From NCBI GenBank assembly GCA_050633305.1, contig JBOEGF010000010.1, positions 512,001 to 576,000 of the forward strand: a stretch of DNA of 64,000 nt, written 5' to 3'. This stretch comes from Nannocystales bacterium (GTDB taxonomy: Bacteria > Myxococcota_A > Polyangia > Nannocystales > Nannocystaceae). The notes under the pieces are model-generated. The model saw only the letters and a list, made by a program, of their open reading frames with translations, was not told the origin of the DNA and did not search any database. A program made the translations under genes and the position numbers. Below, piece after piece: positions 29,769-39,564 of the stretch; the stretch's first letter is position 1, and every line of letters starts with the position of its first letter.

Positions 29769-29811
29769 GTGTTGATTTTTTCACAGCGCACTTAGAATGG
29801 GTGAAGAGCCA

Positions 29812-30897
29812 ATGAGTCGCAAAGATCGCGATTGCCAGGTTGCCACCGCACGCTCGCCTGCGGAAGCCGTCGTTCACGCCACCCAAGATGCCGTGCTGGC
29901 GATTGATAGCGAGGCGAACGTCACCTTCTGCAATGCGGCTGCGGCCAAGATGTTCGGCTTCGGTGAGGACGAGCTGATGGGCCGAAGCATCAACAGTTTG
30001 ATGGCCCAGCCGTACGCCAAGGAACACGACGGCTATATCCGGCACTACGAGCAGACGGGCGAACGCAAGGCCATCGGTCGGGTGCGAACGGTCAGTGGCA
30101 GGCGTCGCAACGGTGAGGAGTTCCCGATCGAGCTCTCGGTGACCGAGTACGAGGAGGGCGGCGCCCGCCGATATGCGGCGATTCTCCGCGATATCTCCGA
30201 GAAGGTTCGCCTGACGCACGCCCGTGTCGAGACGGAGAAGATGGCGGCCATCGGTACGACGGCCAGCAAGTTCGCCCACGAACTCGGCAACCCGATCAAC
30301 GGGATGGCGGTCAGCGTCCAGTTGCTCAAGCGGTGGCTCGACCGGGCCGACCCGGCACCCGATGCGCGGGTCATGGAGCGCCTTGGGTTGCTGATGGGCG
30401 GGATCGACCGGCTCACGGAGCTGCTCGACGAGTTCCGGTTGATGTCCCGCAGGCACGAGTACCGCTTCGAGGCGACCGACCTCTCTGTCATGGTCGCCGA
30501 GCTCGTCGAAATGGAACGACCGGCCTACAGCCAGCGCGGTGTCGGCATCGAGACCGATGTGGCCCGGGATCTCGGACCTGTGCGCGCCGACACGGGCAAG
30601 CTGCGGCAGGTGCTGCTCAACCTGTGCAAGAACGCCTTCGAGGCGATGCCAGAGGGTGGAACGATCAGCGTGTCCGCCGACCGCACGGCAGTCGGTGTGA
30701 TGATCGAGGTCAAGGACACCGGGTCCGGGATCCCCGAGGGGTTGGACGTGTTCGCCCCGTTCACGAGCTCGAAGCTGGAGGGGTCTGGCTTGGGACTCCC
30801 GATCGCGAGGCAGATCGTCGAGGCTCACCAGGGGACGCTGTCGTACGAGACTCCCGCCGCAGGTGGCACGGTGTTTCGGGTTCAGCTCCCTGGCTAG
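29812..30897 (+). CDS. FixL-type heme-PAS sensor histidine kinase
   Basis: LMAQPYAKEHDGYIRHYEQTGERKAIG...FPIELSV; AHELGNP; NLCKNA; DTGSG; GSGLGL. Confidence 0.88.
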   Translation: MSRKDRDCQVATARSPAEAVVHATQDAVLAIDSEANVTFCNAAAAKMFGFGEDELMGRSINSLMAQPYAKEHDGYIRHYEQTGERKAIGRVRTVSGRRRNGEEFPIELSVTEYEEGGARRYAAILRDISEKVRLTHARVETEKMAAIGTTASKFAHELGNPINGMAVSVQLLKRWLDRADPAPDARVMERLGLLMGGIDRLTELLDEFRLMSRRHEYRFEATDLSVMVAELVEMERPAYSQRGVGIETDVARDLGPVRADTGKLRQVLLNLCKNAFEAMPEGGTISVSADRTAVGVMIEVKDTGSGIPEGLDVFAPFTSSKLEGSGLGLPIARQIVEAHQGTLSYETPAAGGTVFRVQLPG

Positions 30898-30954
30898 CAG
30901 GGGGACGGTCGACGGCGCTCGGGCAGTCCGTAGCGCCGCCTGAACCGTGGGGGT

Positions 30955-31386
30955 CTACTCCGAGTTGCGCACCACCATGACGGTGCGGTCGCATCGGTTG
31001 ACGACTTTCCCCGCGGTCGTTCCGATGACCCGGTCCAGCCCCGAGTAGCCGTGACTACCGATGACCACGAGGTCGCAGTTGCGCTCCTTGCAGATGCGCA
31101 GCACCGTGTCGGCGGGCTGACCGAGTTCGGCGACCACCTCCTCGACCAGGCCGCTGGGAAGCGTCTCGACGACTCGCTTCAGCTGTCCGCGAGCGTGCTC
31201 GACGAGGAAATCCTCAAACTCGTCGCCCTGAAGCGACCAAGCGATGGCCGGGATGCTGCTGGGGATCTGAACTGCGCGACACAGGACGAGCGCACCGCCG
31301 CAGCGGTCCGCGAGTTCTACGGCTTGGCGGAGGACTTCGGGCTGTCGCTCTGAGCCATCGAGTCCGACGAGGATCTTCGTGAACAT
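30955..31386 (-). CDS. Universal stress protein
   Basis: KILVGLDGS; DLVVIGSHGYSGLDRVIGTTA. Confidence 0.92.
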   Translation of the reverse strand: MFTKILVGLDGSERQPEVLRQAVELADRCGGALVLCRAVQIPSSIPAIAWSLQGDEFEDFLVEHARGQLKRVVETLPSGLVEEVVAELGQPADTVLRICKERNCDLVVIGSHGYSGLDRVIGTTAGKVVNRCDRTVMVVRNSE

Positions 31387-31458
31387 GGACCGACAGTGCG
31401 GGTCCAGACGCCGTCGTGCCGCGCAAAAAGTTCGTGTTTGGCAGGGTTCCTCGATGTC

Positions 31459-31473
31459 CCGCAAGAATTGCCG
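31459..31473. promoter_or_regulatory. Putative enhancer-binding-protein site
   Basis: CCGCAAGAATTGCCG, the reverse complement of CGGCAATTCTTGCGG. Confidence 0.6.
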
Positions 31474-31544
31474 GATCGCGGGCGAGCGCGCAGGATTTTC
31501 CGGCGGGCTCGCTGGCTGCGACCGTAGAGACTCCGATTCGGGGT

Positions 31545-31560
31545 TGGCGTCGTTCTTGCT
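31545..31560 (+). promoter_or_regulatory. Sigma54 -24/-12 promoter of the sigma32-like gene
   Basis: TGGCGTCGTTCTTGCT (GG-N10-GC); predicted +1 near 31571. Confidence 0.7.
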
Positions 31561-31572
31561 TTGGCTAAGGAC

Positions 31573-32382
31573 ATGGAGCGCGACGGTATCGATGCAAAGC
31601 AGGAGCAGGCCCTGGTGGAGAGCTGGAGATCTGCGGGCCTTCCTGCCGCTCTCTCCGCGCTCGTCCGGTCTCAGCAGCGCATGATCATGCTCTGGGCGCG
31701 GCGCTACGGCAGCCGCGAGTGCTCGCTCGCGGACTTGGTCCAGGAGGGCAACGTCGGTCTGATGCAGGCGATCGAGCGCTTCGATCCTGAACGTGGGGTC
31801 CGTCTCGGGACGTTCTCCAGCTGGTGGGTCCGGGCGCATATGCTGCGCTTTGTCGAGCGGAACACCCGCCTGGTTCGAGGCGCGACAACCTCAGCTCGGC
31901 GCCGGCTCTTCTACCAACTCGCGAGAACCACCGCCGCGCTCTCACGAGACGGTGCCGTCCCGGACTCGTCCGAGATCGCGGACGCCCTGGGTGTCTCCGT
32001 GGAGGATGTCGAGGCGATGTCGAGTCTCCGGACTCCCGCCGCGTCGCTCGACACCCCCGCGCGTGACGACGACACGGCCTCGATGGAGAGGGTGTGTGAC
32101 CCCGCGCCGTCGCCTGAAGAGGAACTCGCCGATGCCGAGTTGGCACAGCGGCTTCACGGTGCGCTCGATGACTACGCGGCCGAGCTCGACGGCGCAGCGC
32201 TGGCGATGCTCCGCACCCGCGTCGCGAGTACGTCCCCGACCCCGCTGCGAGACCTTGGCGCGCAATGGGGACTCTCGAACGCGGCTGTTCGCCGCCTCGA
32301 GAAGCGGGTGTCGAATCCTCTACGGCGCCACCTCTACCGCAGCATGGGCGATGCGGTGGTCGAGACGCTGGGCAGCTGCTGA
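31573..32382 (+). CDS. Sigma70-family group 3 factor, RpoH/sigma32-like
   Basis: DLVQEGNVGLMQAIERFDPERGVRLGTFSSWWVRA; TTSARRRLFYQL (RpoH-box-like); region 4 LRDLG...VRRLE. Confidence 0.85.
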   Translation: MERDGIDAKQEQALVESWRSAGLPAALSALVRSQQRMIMLWARRYGSRECSLADLVQEGNVGLMQAIERFDPERGVRLGTFSSWWVRAHMLRFVERNTRLVRGATTSARRRLFYQLARTTAALSRDGAVPDSSEIADALGVSVEDVEAMSSLRTPAASLDTPARDDDTASMERVCDPAPSPEEELADAELAQRLHGALDDYAAELDGAALAMLRTRVASTSPTPLRDLGAQWGLSNAAVRRLEKRVSNPLRRHLYRSMGDAVVETLGSC

Positions 32383-32525
32383 CCGACCTTTTTTGCGTCC
32401 GTTGGCATCGAATCCGCGGCGCGTGGCTACACCTGCGCCCGTTGTCGCAGCAGCCCCCGTCGCTGCGCCGGCGCCTGCTGCTGTGCTGACGCCGGCCGTC
32501 TTGACCGAACGCCGCCGGGGCGGGA

Positions 32526-33950
32526 CTACTTGCCCGCCTTCTTGGTGTGTTTGCGAGCCAGGAGCAACGCGACCTGCTCCGGGTCCTCATCGCGGTACTG
32601 GTTCATCCGGTACTGGATGGTCCGCGGGGATACGCCGAGGATCTTGGCGGCCTTGGACGTGCTTCCGCCGACCGACTCCAGGGTTTTGAGGATGACGTAG
32701 CGCTCGACCTCGGCCATCGAGGAGCCGGGAACGATCGGGAGCTCGTCGAGTGCTCGCCCCGAGCCCAAGATCGCCCGCGGAAGATGACGCACGTCGATCT
32801 CGAAGTCGTTGCACAAAGCGACAGCGTGCTCGATGCAGTTCTCGAGTTGTCGGACGTTGCCCGGCCAGTCGTAGCTACGCAGCGCGTCCAGACTACGCTC
32901 GCTGATGCTGCGGATCTGCTTTCGGGCTCGGCTGGCGTGTTGAGAGAGGAAGTGCATCGCCAACAGGGGAATGTCGTCCGCCCGCTCCCGTAGCGTCGGC
33001 ATGCGAACGTTGATCACGTTGAGCCGGTAGAACAGGTCTTCGCGGAACCGTCCCTCCTTGACGTCGTTGAGCAGGTCGCGGTGCGTCGCCGCGATCACCC
33101 GCACATCGACGGAGATCGGCGTGTCTCCGCCCACGCGCTCGTACGTCCGCTCCTGCAACACCCGGAGCAGCTTGACCTGGACCGAGAGTGGGATCTCGCC
33201 GACCTCGTCGAGGAAGAGGGTGCCGCCGTTGGCCCGACCGAAGCGGCCGTCGCGGGCCGAGTCCGCTCCCGTGAAGGCTCCCTTTTCGTGCCCGAAGAGT
33301 TCGCTCTCCAGGACCCCTTCGGCCAGTGCTGCGCAGTGCACTGGGACAAACGGGCCATCGCCTCGTGGACTGGACCGATGAAGAGCCTGGGCTGCGAGCT
33401 CTTTTCCCGTTCCGCTCTCGCCCGTGAGCAGGACCGATGCCGGGGAATCAGCGACCTGATGGAGGAGATCGAGGACGTCTCGGGAGGCCTTCGACTGGCC
33501 CACCCAGCCCAGGCCAGGCTTCTCGGCTTCGCGTTCTCGGCGGAACTGTTCCAGCTCGCGCGCCGTCTCGCGGTGGGCCAGCAGACGCTCGACGACCACG
33601 AGCAGCTCGTCGAACCGGATCGGCTTGGTGAGGTAGTCGTCCGCGCCCTGCTGCATGGCATCGACTGCTCGCTCGACCGTGCTGTACGCGGTCATCACGA
33701 TCACCCCAACCTCGGGGTGAGCCTCTTGAACCTTCGCCATCAGCTGCGTGCCGTCCATGCCGGGCATGTGGACGTCGGTGATCAGCAGGTCCGGGACCGC
33801 CGCTTCGACCAGGCCAAGGGCCTTGAATGCGTCAGCCGCGCCACGAACCTCATATCCTTCTTCGCGCAGCAACTCCACGAGACCGGAGCGGGCGCTGGAT
33901 TCGTCGTCCACGACGAGGATCTGGGTACGTCTCGCGGAGCTCTTCGGCAT
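32526..33950 (-). CDS. NtrC-family sigma54-dependent response regulator
   Basis: Receiver domain; GESGTGKE; ELFGHEKGAFTGA; FREDLFYRL; WPGNVRQL; Fis HTH. Confidence 0.95.
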   Translation of the reverse strand: MPKSSARRTQILVVDDESSARSGLVELLREEGYEVRGAADAFKALGLVEAAVPDLLITDVHMPGMDGTQLMAKVQEAHPEVGVIVMTAYSTVERAVDAMQQGADDYLTKPIRFDELLVVVERLLAHRETARELEQFRREREAEKPGLGWVGQSKASRDVLDLLHQVADSPASVLLTGESGTGKELAAQALHRSSPRGDGPFVPVHCAALAEGVLESELFGHEKGAFTGADSARDGRFGRANGGTLFLDEVGEIPLSVQVKLLRVLQERTYERVGGDTPISVDVRVIAATHRDLLNDVKEGRFREDLFYRLNVINVRMPTLRERADDIPLLAMHFLSQHASRARKQIRSISERSLDALRSYDWPGNVRQLENCIEHAVALCNDFEIDVRHLPRAILGSGRALDELPIVPGSSMAEVERYVILKTLESVGGSTSKAAKILGVSPRTIQYRMNQYRDEDPEQVALLLARKHTKKAGK

Positions 33951-33989
33951 AGCAGATCGGTAGGATGCGAAATGTAGGGCCAGTGCAGC

Positions 33990-34004
33990 CGGCAGATTCT
34001 GCGC
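33990..34004. promoter_or_regulatory. Putative autoregulatory enhancer-binding-protein site
   Basis: CGGCAGATTCTGCGC about 40 nt upstream of the NtrC-like gene. Confidence 0.55.
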
Positions 34005-34010
34005 CCGCCC

Positions 34011-34055
34011 AAAGAAAAACCGCGCCGGGCCGCGAAGAGCGGCCGGACGCGGTTT
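34011..34055 (-). terminator. Rho-independent terminator after the HTTM gene
   Basis: Long imperfect stem aaaccgcg..gccgc / gcggc..cgcggttt with a T-run on the minus strand. Confidence 0.55.
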
Positions 34056-34073
34056 GGGTGAAGAGTCACGCGC

Positions 34074-36557
34074 TCAGTCGGCCTTGTTCGCCTCGCGCTC
34101 CCTCTTCTTGTCCCACTTGGCCTTCTTGCGCTTCAGCCAGGGCTTGTACTTGCCCTCTTCGAGCAGCGGGAGGCCGTCGCGTTCCCGGATGAGGTTGGGG
34201 AGTTGGCCCATGACCGCGCGTCGGCAGTTCTCCGTGTACGAGATCCGCTCGTGCCCGGCCCGTTCCAGGAGTTCGTCGGCTCGATAGAACCCGTTCTTGA
34301 CGACTTGCTCTGGCGTTGGGACGCGGTACCAAACCTTGATCAGGTCGACCCTTCGTGGCGCCTCTCCATCATGCTCTCGCGCCCACTGACGACAGTGGTA
34401 GCGGGCAAACCACTTCCGGTACCACGCGTTGGGCCCGGATTCTCCACCGATCACGCGTCGGTTGATCTTGCGCATGCGGTCGTTCCAGATCCACGGCTGT
34501 GGCTTCTGTTCCTCGGCATAGACGTCGGTACGAAGGTCCCAAGACTCGCCGCTGGCGTCGGTCACCATGACCTTGAGGAAGACGTTGCTACGCGGTGGGT
34601 TGGGCGCAAACATGCCCCATCCCTGGTCGGTCGTCGTCCGTGTGAGGTAGGTCGTGAACACGCCGCGCGCCTGGTTCCGAAAGGTGGAAAGGCTGTCCTT
34701 TCCGGGCATCAGCCAAGTCGCGACAGCGACCAGGTGCCACACGACAAGCCCGCCGATGACCAGTCGCCCCGCCGGGCCGTAGGCCCAGGGTTCGCGTCCA
34801 GCGATCGTGGCATCCGCACGACCCCGGTTTCGGCGCGCTTGGGCGACCGCGATGCCGGCCGTGACCAGCGCGGTGCCGACCCAGATCCACCGGAAGTCCC
34901 ACTCGGGCTGAACTTTCACTTTCACGACCACCCCGGTGAGCACACCGACCAAGGCGAGCATGAGGGCGCCCATGGGCAGACGGGCGCCGTCCCGCGGCAG
35001 GCCCGGGAGGGTGACGTCGGCGGCGGGCAGGACCGGCAGTCGTTCGCGGACCGACTTGGGCATGGGGATGCCCCACACGTGAAGGCGGTGCCCGATGTCT
35101 CGCAGCGCTGCCGCGATCTCGTGCCCTCGGATGAACGCGAACGTCGCGGACATCATGCCCGTCTGAAACTGACCCACGTTCATCATCGTGAAGATGTGCC
35201 CGTGGAATGCCAGGTGCCAGACAAGCAGCACGCGGCGCCCGAGGATCCAGGTGCAGACCCATTTGCGGTCGATGATCGCGGGGGTCTCTCGCTTCCATCG
35301 GCCGAACCCACGGAACTGGAACGGGTTGTTGCCGAGCTTGTGCCACAGCAGGTACAGACCAACCCACAAGCCGATCCACAGACCGGTCCAGGTCTGGGCT
35401 GAGACCCCCTTGGGGGTGACGTGGACCGGGTACGCGACGTAGATGATCGCTGCGGTGAGTCCGATGATCGAGAACCAGGTGCCGCGAATGGCCCACTGGC
35501 GCCAGCGTGCGTAGGGTTCGAAGTTCTGCGCGATCGACCACCGCGTGACGATGCCGAAGATGATCAGCGCGAACGACATCTGCCCGACCTTGGTCGCGTA
35601 CGTCATGCCGCGGAACACCGTGGTGGCGCCCAGCGAAGAGAGGTACTGGGGCGGGACCCGGTAGAAGTGGTCGAGGTTGAGCGCGTAGTACATCGCGTCC
35701 CCGGCCATCCAGACACTTCCGGTCTTGAGGGTTCCGGTGGTGACGTAGATGGTCGCGAGCTGAAGCATGATCAGCTTGCGGGGCCACGACGGGATGCGGC
35801 GGTAGATGGGCTCGAGCCCCTGCGGGTGCTCGTCGTCGGGGCTCAGACCCGCGCCTTCGCCCGGTCCGCCTCGCTCGCTCAGTCTCCCTTGTTTGCGGAG
35901 CTTCCGGCAGCGCAGCCAGTTGTCCACGCTGTAGGCGTGACCGCTACGCGCGAGGACCAGATAGACCAACATCGTCCGGTAGACGATCTCGGTGCCTTCC
36001 CAGCCCAGCGAGTTGCGGGTCAGGATGCTGTTCATCAAGAACCAGGTCAGCACCCCCATCAGCCGGGTGCGGAACCCGATGATGAAGCAGATCGCGACGG
36101 CCTGGAACGCGAACAGATGGATCCAAAACGCGGTCGGAGAGTCCCAGAAGTAGAGCAGGGACCACTTGGGCCCCTTGAGGAATTCCCACCAGGCGGCGGC
36201 GTCGAAGAACCCGTAGGGCTCGCCTTCCACCATGCCATCGCCGAAACCGGCGAACTGTTTGCCCGCGAAGACCTGTCGCGCAACGTCGGCGGGGAAGATG
36301 CCCTCGTCGGTGTAGAGGAACGTGAAGACGTCCCACATGCCGTTGATGTTTGCGAGGACGAAGAACCCGAAGACGATTCGGAAGAACGCAATCCCCCGGG
36401 GGTCTTCGGCGCTGAGCCACCACCGCTTCCAACGGTCCGCGTGAAGAATGAAGAAGAGGATGACCGCGACGGCGCATCCAAGGAGGAGCCACCCCATCGT
36501 GGGCGAGAGGGCGACGGCCTCCTCGTTGACGGCTTTCTTTGCGAGTGCGAGCAACAT
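34074..36557 (-). CDS. HTTM-domain membrane protein with C-terminal SdpA/DUF5819-like domain
   Basis: IAFFRIVFG, IGFRTR, YSVDNW, QLATIY..GTLK..WMAG, C-terminal QGWGMFAPNPP. Confidence 0.8.
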   Translation of the reverse strand: MLLALAKKAVNEEAVALSPTMGWLLLGCAVAVILFFILHADRWKRWWLSAEDPRGIAFFRIVFGFFVLANINGMWDVFTFLYTDEGIFPADVARQVFAGKQFAGFGDGMVEGEPYGFFDAAAWWEFLKGPKWSLLYFWDSPTAFWIHLFAFQAVAICFIIGFRTRLMGVLTWFLMNSILTRNSLGWEGTEIVYRTMLVYLVLARSGHAYSVDNWLRCRKLRKQGRLSERGGPGEGAGLSPDDEHPQGLEPIYRRIPSWPRKLIMLQLATIYVTTGTLKTGSVWMAGDAMYYALNLDHFYRVPPQYLSSLGATTVFRGMTYATKVGQMSFALIIFGIVTRWSIAQNFEPYARWRQWAIRGTWFSIIGLTAAIIYVAYPVHVTPKGVSAQTWTGLWIGLWVGLYLLWHKLGNNPFQFRGFGRWKRETPAIIDRKWVCTWILGRRVLLVWHLAFHGHIFTMMNVGQFQTGMMSATFAFIRGHEIAAALRDIGHRLHVWGIPMPKSVRERLPVLPAADVTLPGLPRDGARLPMGALMLALVGVLTGVVVKVKVQPEWDFRWIWVGTALVTAGIAVAQARRNRGRADATIAGREPWAYGPAGRLVIGGLVVWHLVAVATWLMPGKDSLSTFRNQARGVFTTYLTRTTTDQGWGMFAPNPPRSNVFLKVMVTDASGESWDLRTDVYAEEQKPQPWIWNDRMRKINRRVIGGESGPNAWYRKWFARYHCRQWAREHDGEAPRRVDLIKVWYRVPTPEQVVKNGFYRADELLERAGHERISYTENCRRAVMGQLPNLIRERDGLPLLEEGKYKPWLKRKKAKWDKKREREANKAD

Positions 36558-36569
36558 GCCGGCCTCCGA

Positions 36570-36830
36570 TCAGGTCGATGCTGGCGAAGGCAGGCCCGCG
36601 CCGAGGTCGGCAGCAGGCTCTTTGGCGAGCGGTTTGGAGGGACGACCAGCCAACGGTGCGGCAGGGGGGAAGGGGGGTTCACCGCCCTGCATGACTGGGT
36701 TTGCGCGCTCCGCCTCCGTTCGCATGGCCCATCGCCAAACGAAGTAGATAAAGGCCGCGCCGAAGACCCACAGGCTACCCATGGTGCCGAAGATCGCGAC
36801 GTCGAGGAGTTGGAGCGCAAGCAAGCTCAT
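36570..36830 (-). CDS. Small membrane protein
   Basis: One TM helix followed by a Pro-rich tail; 12 nt upstream of the HTTM gene. Confidence 0.55.
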   Translation of the reverse strand: MSLLALQLLDVAIFGTMGSLWVFGAAFIYFVWRWAMRTEAERANPVMQGGEPPFPPAAPLAGRPSKPLAKEPAADLGAGLPSPAST

Positions 36831-36898
36831 GCCTTCAATGGTGCCGGCCGGAGAAATCCGGCGACCGGAAAGGGCTGCGTCGAGCCCTTGACCCCGAC

Positions 36899-36913
36899 CG
36901 GCAGGAATTGCGT
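36899..36913. promoter_or_regulatory. Putative enhancer-binding-protein site
   Basis: CGGCAGGAATTGCGT upstream of the small-protein/HTTM operon. Confidence 0.45.
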
Positions 36914-36999
36914 GGCAAACCTCAGGTCTCCCGGCTGCCTCGACGGGCTTCGCGCGGAAACGACCTACAAAGCGCAGACCTGGCGGCTTGAAACGCTTG

Positions 37000-38055
37000 T
37001 CAGCCGCCCAGCAGGGAAATGTCGAACGTTGCGTCGAGAGGCATCGCGCCGTCTTGGATCCTCCAGCGTTGAATACCGCCGGGCGCCCGCGTGTAGACGG
37101 TGAGCCCTTGGCGTTCATGGCGAAGCGCGAACGGCACTGGGGCAGCGAAGGGCAGCTGACACGCGAAGTCGTGGTTCATCCCACGGCGGACCTCGCGACG
37201 TTCGTCGACAAGAACGCTGAATCGTCCCTTGTGCTCTCGGGCGACCCACATCCACTCCGTGCGGTCGCGGTCGAGGGAGAGCATCGTGCGGTCGCTCGGC
37301 ATGGTGATCGTGCTGATGAACGCGAAGTGGAGCGTGTCGTCTCCGACGTCCACGCTCAGGGTCCGGCGAGGGAGTTTCCGCCGCTTGCCGAGCGCGCTTG
37401 CCTTGGCCAATGGATCCGGAGTCGTGCTGTTGACCTCGGTCATCAGCACCCGATGTTCTTCATCGGATCCGTCTTCACACAGGGCTTTGCGGTAGTCGAC
37501 ACGGAACCGCTCGAACACGATCTCCGGCGCGGGCGCGTTGACGGATGCGAGGAACACGGGCCGAAGCGCGATATCTTCGACATCGAGTGGTCCCGGCGTC
37601 GTGGGCGTGAGGGTCCAAGGGGGAGCGCCGACCGTGTCGCCGAAGGTTTTCGCGTCGTCGCTGGCGTCGAAGTCGATGAACGCACAGCTGTCTAGGGGAG
37701 CGTTCGCCTCGCATCCGTCGTGCATGACGGTGTTGAGCCTGTGTCGCCACCGACTTCCATCCGGAGAGACGACGAACACCGTTTGTCCGACCTTCGCCCA
37801 TGACGCCAGACCGGGTCCGGCGACGACTTGGCCTACGAAGACCGGTTGGTCATCGAAGCGTCGAACCCCGCCGACGGGTTGAACCGGCGTCGGCTCGGAG
37901 GGCGCAGCCTCGACCCAGTGTTCAGTCGGGGGCGCTGCCTCGAGCTCGGGTTTGGCAGAGGGGACTGCCGCCATCGCCGGCGGTGTGGGACCGGGGGGCT
38001 CCGGCCGACACGCGACGAGGCAGCCCACAATGAGAACTGCTCGGCTCGCCTTCAT
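37000..38055 (-). CDS. Hypothetical lipoprotein
   Basis: Lipobox LVAC; ATGA overlap with the kinase gene. Confidence 0.7.
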   Translation of the reverse strand: MKASRAVLIVGCLVACRPEPPGPTPPAMAAVPSAKPELEAAPPTEHWVEAAPSEPTPVQPVGGVRRFDDQPVFVGQVVAGPGLASWAKVGQTVFVVSPDGSRWRHRLNTVMHDGCEANAPLDSCAFIDFDASDDAKTFGDTVGAPPWTLTPTTPGPLDVEDIALRPVFLASVNAPAPEIVFERFRVDYRKALCEDGSDEEHRVLMTEVNSTTPDPLAKASALGKRRKLPRRTLSVDVGDDTLHFAFISTITMPSDRTMLSLDRDRTEWMWVAREHKGRFSVLVDERREVRRGMNHDFACQLPFAAPVPFALRHERQGLTVYTRAPGGIQRWRIQDGAMPLDATFDISLLGG

Positions 38056-39530
38056 TCTCCCAGCTCCACGAGGATCGCATCGAGCGCTTCGATGTACTCC
38101 TGTGCGTCGCCATAGCGGTCGCTTGGCGTCTTGGCGAGGCCTCGGTCCACCAGTTCGTCGATCGCGTCCGCCACGGTCTGCGTCGGGGCAACCGGGCGTG
38201 GGACGAGTTCGCTGACAAGGGGCGGGGTGGTGCTCACGTGCATCGTCAGCAGCGTGACCATGTCGGAAGCGCGGAAGGGCAGCTTACCCGTGAGCATCTC
38301 GAACAGCAGGACGCTGAGCGAGTAGAGGTCGGCACGGCCGTCCACGGTGTGCGCGATGGCTTGCTCCGGGGCGATGTAGGCCGGCGTTCCCAGAGTCATG
38401 CCCGCGGCGGTGAGCCGTGCGGTCTCCGGGTCGAAGGTGTCGTCGGGCAGCTTCGCGATCCCCAGGTCGATGAGCTTGACCACCGGAGCATCGTCTTCGA
38501 CGACGAACAAGACGTTGTCGGACTTGACGTCCCGGTGGACGACCCTTCGCTCGTGAAGGTGTCCGAGCGCCAGGAGAATCTGTCGGGCGATCTCGAGGGC
38601 CTGCCGCGGGTCGAACGCGCCCTCGAGCATCCGGTCGGCGAGGTTGCGTCCCTCGATCACGTCGAGCGCAATCCAGCGCGCTCCGGGAAGCTCACCATGG
38701 GCGTGGCTTCGGACGAAGTGCTTGTGATGAATCATGTTCATCGCCAGGCACTCGCGGTCGAATCGGGCTCGGATCCCCTCTGTGCCGGGCCCCAGAAACA
38801 CCACCTTGAGTGCGACGTCTTCTCCGGTTTGCTCATCCAACGCGCGGTGGACGACGCCCATCCCTCCGGCGCCCAGTCGGGGTCCAAGGCGGTAGCGGCC
38901 GCCGATGACCGGTGGGAGGTCGGCCGGGCTTGTGACGGGCGGTGGGGTGTCCTTGGCGGGGGCAGGTGCGGCCCCCGGGGCGGTCAGCAGGTCGACGAAG
39001 CGGGAGCGCGCCTCTTCGAGTTGGACCTCGAACTCAGGCAGGGGGATGCCCATGGCCTTGGCGACCTCCGAAGGCTCGTTCCCCTCGAGCTCGACCAGCG
39101 TCAGCATGGTGCGCTGCTGCGAGCTCATCTGGCTCAGCGCGACCCGGACTGCATCTGCGACGACCTGCTTGCCCGCGTGCAGCGACAGGTTGGCTGCACT
39201 GAGCAGCTGGGGTCGCGACAGCGGGGCCGCGATCGCGGCATCGACTTCGTAGTCGCCCGCAACATCCTTGGCCATGCCGATGAGCCACGGGTGGAAGCCT
39301 CGCGGATCGGGAAGCTCGTGAAGTCGGTTGGCAGCCCGAACGAACAGCTTCTCGCACGCGGGCTCGGCTTGATCGGGGTCGGAGAGGATCGCGGAGAGGA
39401 TCCGGTACAACGGGATCTGGTACCGACGCACCAGCTCCGAGTAGGCAAGCGCATCCTGCCCCTCTCGATAGGCTTCGATGAGCGCTTGGTCGGTCGACTG
39501 GATGTCGACCGTGTGCTGCTCTTCACTCAT
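38052..39530 (-). CDS. ECF-sigma-like domain fused to Ser/Thr protein kinase
   Basis: N-terminal AYSELVRRYQIPLY...FHPWL (sigma2) and QRTMLTLVELEG..EVAKAMG..ARSRF (sigma4); C-terminal GAGGMG, VALK, HRDVKSDN, DLG, GTPAYIAPE. Confidence 0.85.
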   Translation of the reverse strand: MSEEQHTVDIQSTDQALIEAYREGQDALAYSELVRRYQIPLYRILSAILSDPDQAEPACEKLFVRAANRLHELPDPRGFHPWLIGMAKDVAGDYEVDAAIAAPLSRPQLLSAANLSLHAGKQVVADAVRVALSQMSSQQRTMLTLVELEGNEPSEVAKAMGIPLPEFEVQLEEARSRFVDLLTAPGAAPAPAKDTPPPVTSPADLPPVIGGRYRLGPRLGAGGMGVVHRALDEQTGEDVALKVVFLGPGTEGIRARFDRECLAMNMIHHKHFVRSHAHGELPGARWIALDVIEGRNLADRMLEGAFDPRQALEIARQILLALGHLHERRVVHRDVKSDNVLFVVEDDAPVVKLIDLGIAKLPDDTFDPETARLTAAGMTLGTPAYIAPEQAIAHTVDGRADLYSLSVLLFEMLTGKLPFRASDMVTLLTMHVSTTPPLVSELVPRPVAPTQTVADAIDELVDRGLAKTPSDRYGDAQEYIEALDAILVELGE

Positions 39531-39564
39531 CGGTGTCGATCGGCGGCCATCCGGTTTACGCCGG

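Noticed and set aside
29771..29785. FNR/CRP-like site GTTGA-N5-TCACA
   Set aside because: Spacing does not match either consensus
31405..31421. GGCACG upstream of the USP gene as a sigma54 promoter
   Set aside because: The -12 GC element is missing
32403..32417. GG-N10-GC sigma54-like sequence
   Set aside because: Lies between convergent genes with no downstream ORF; likely chance
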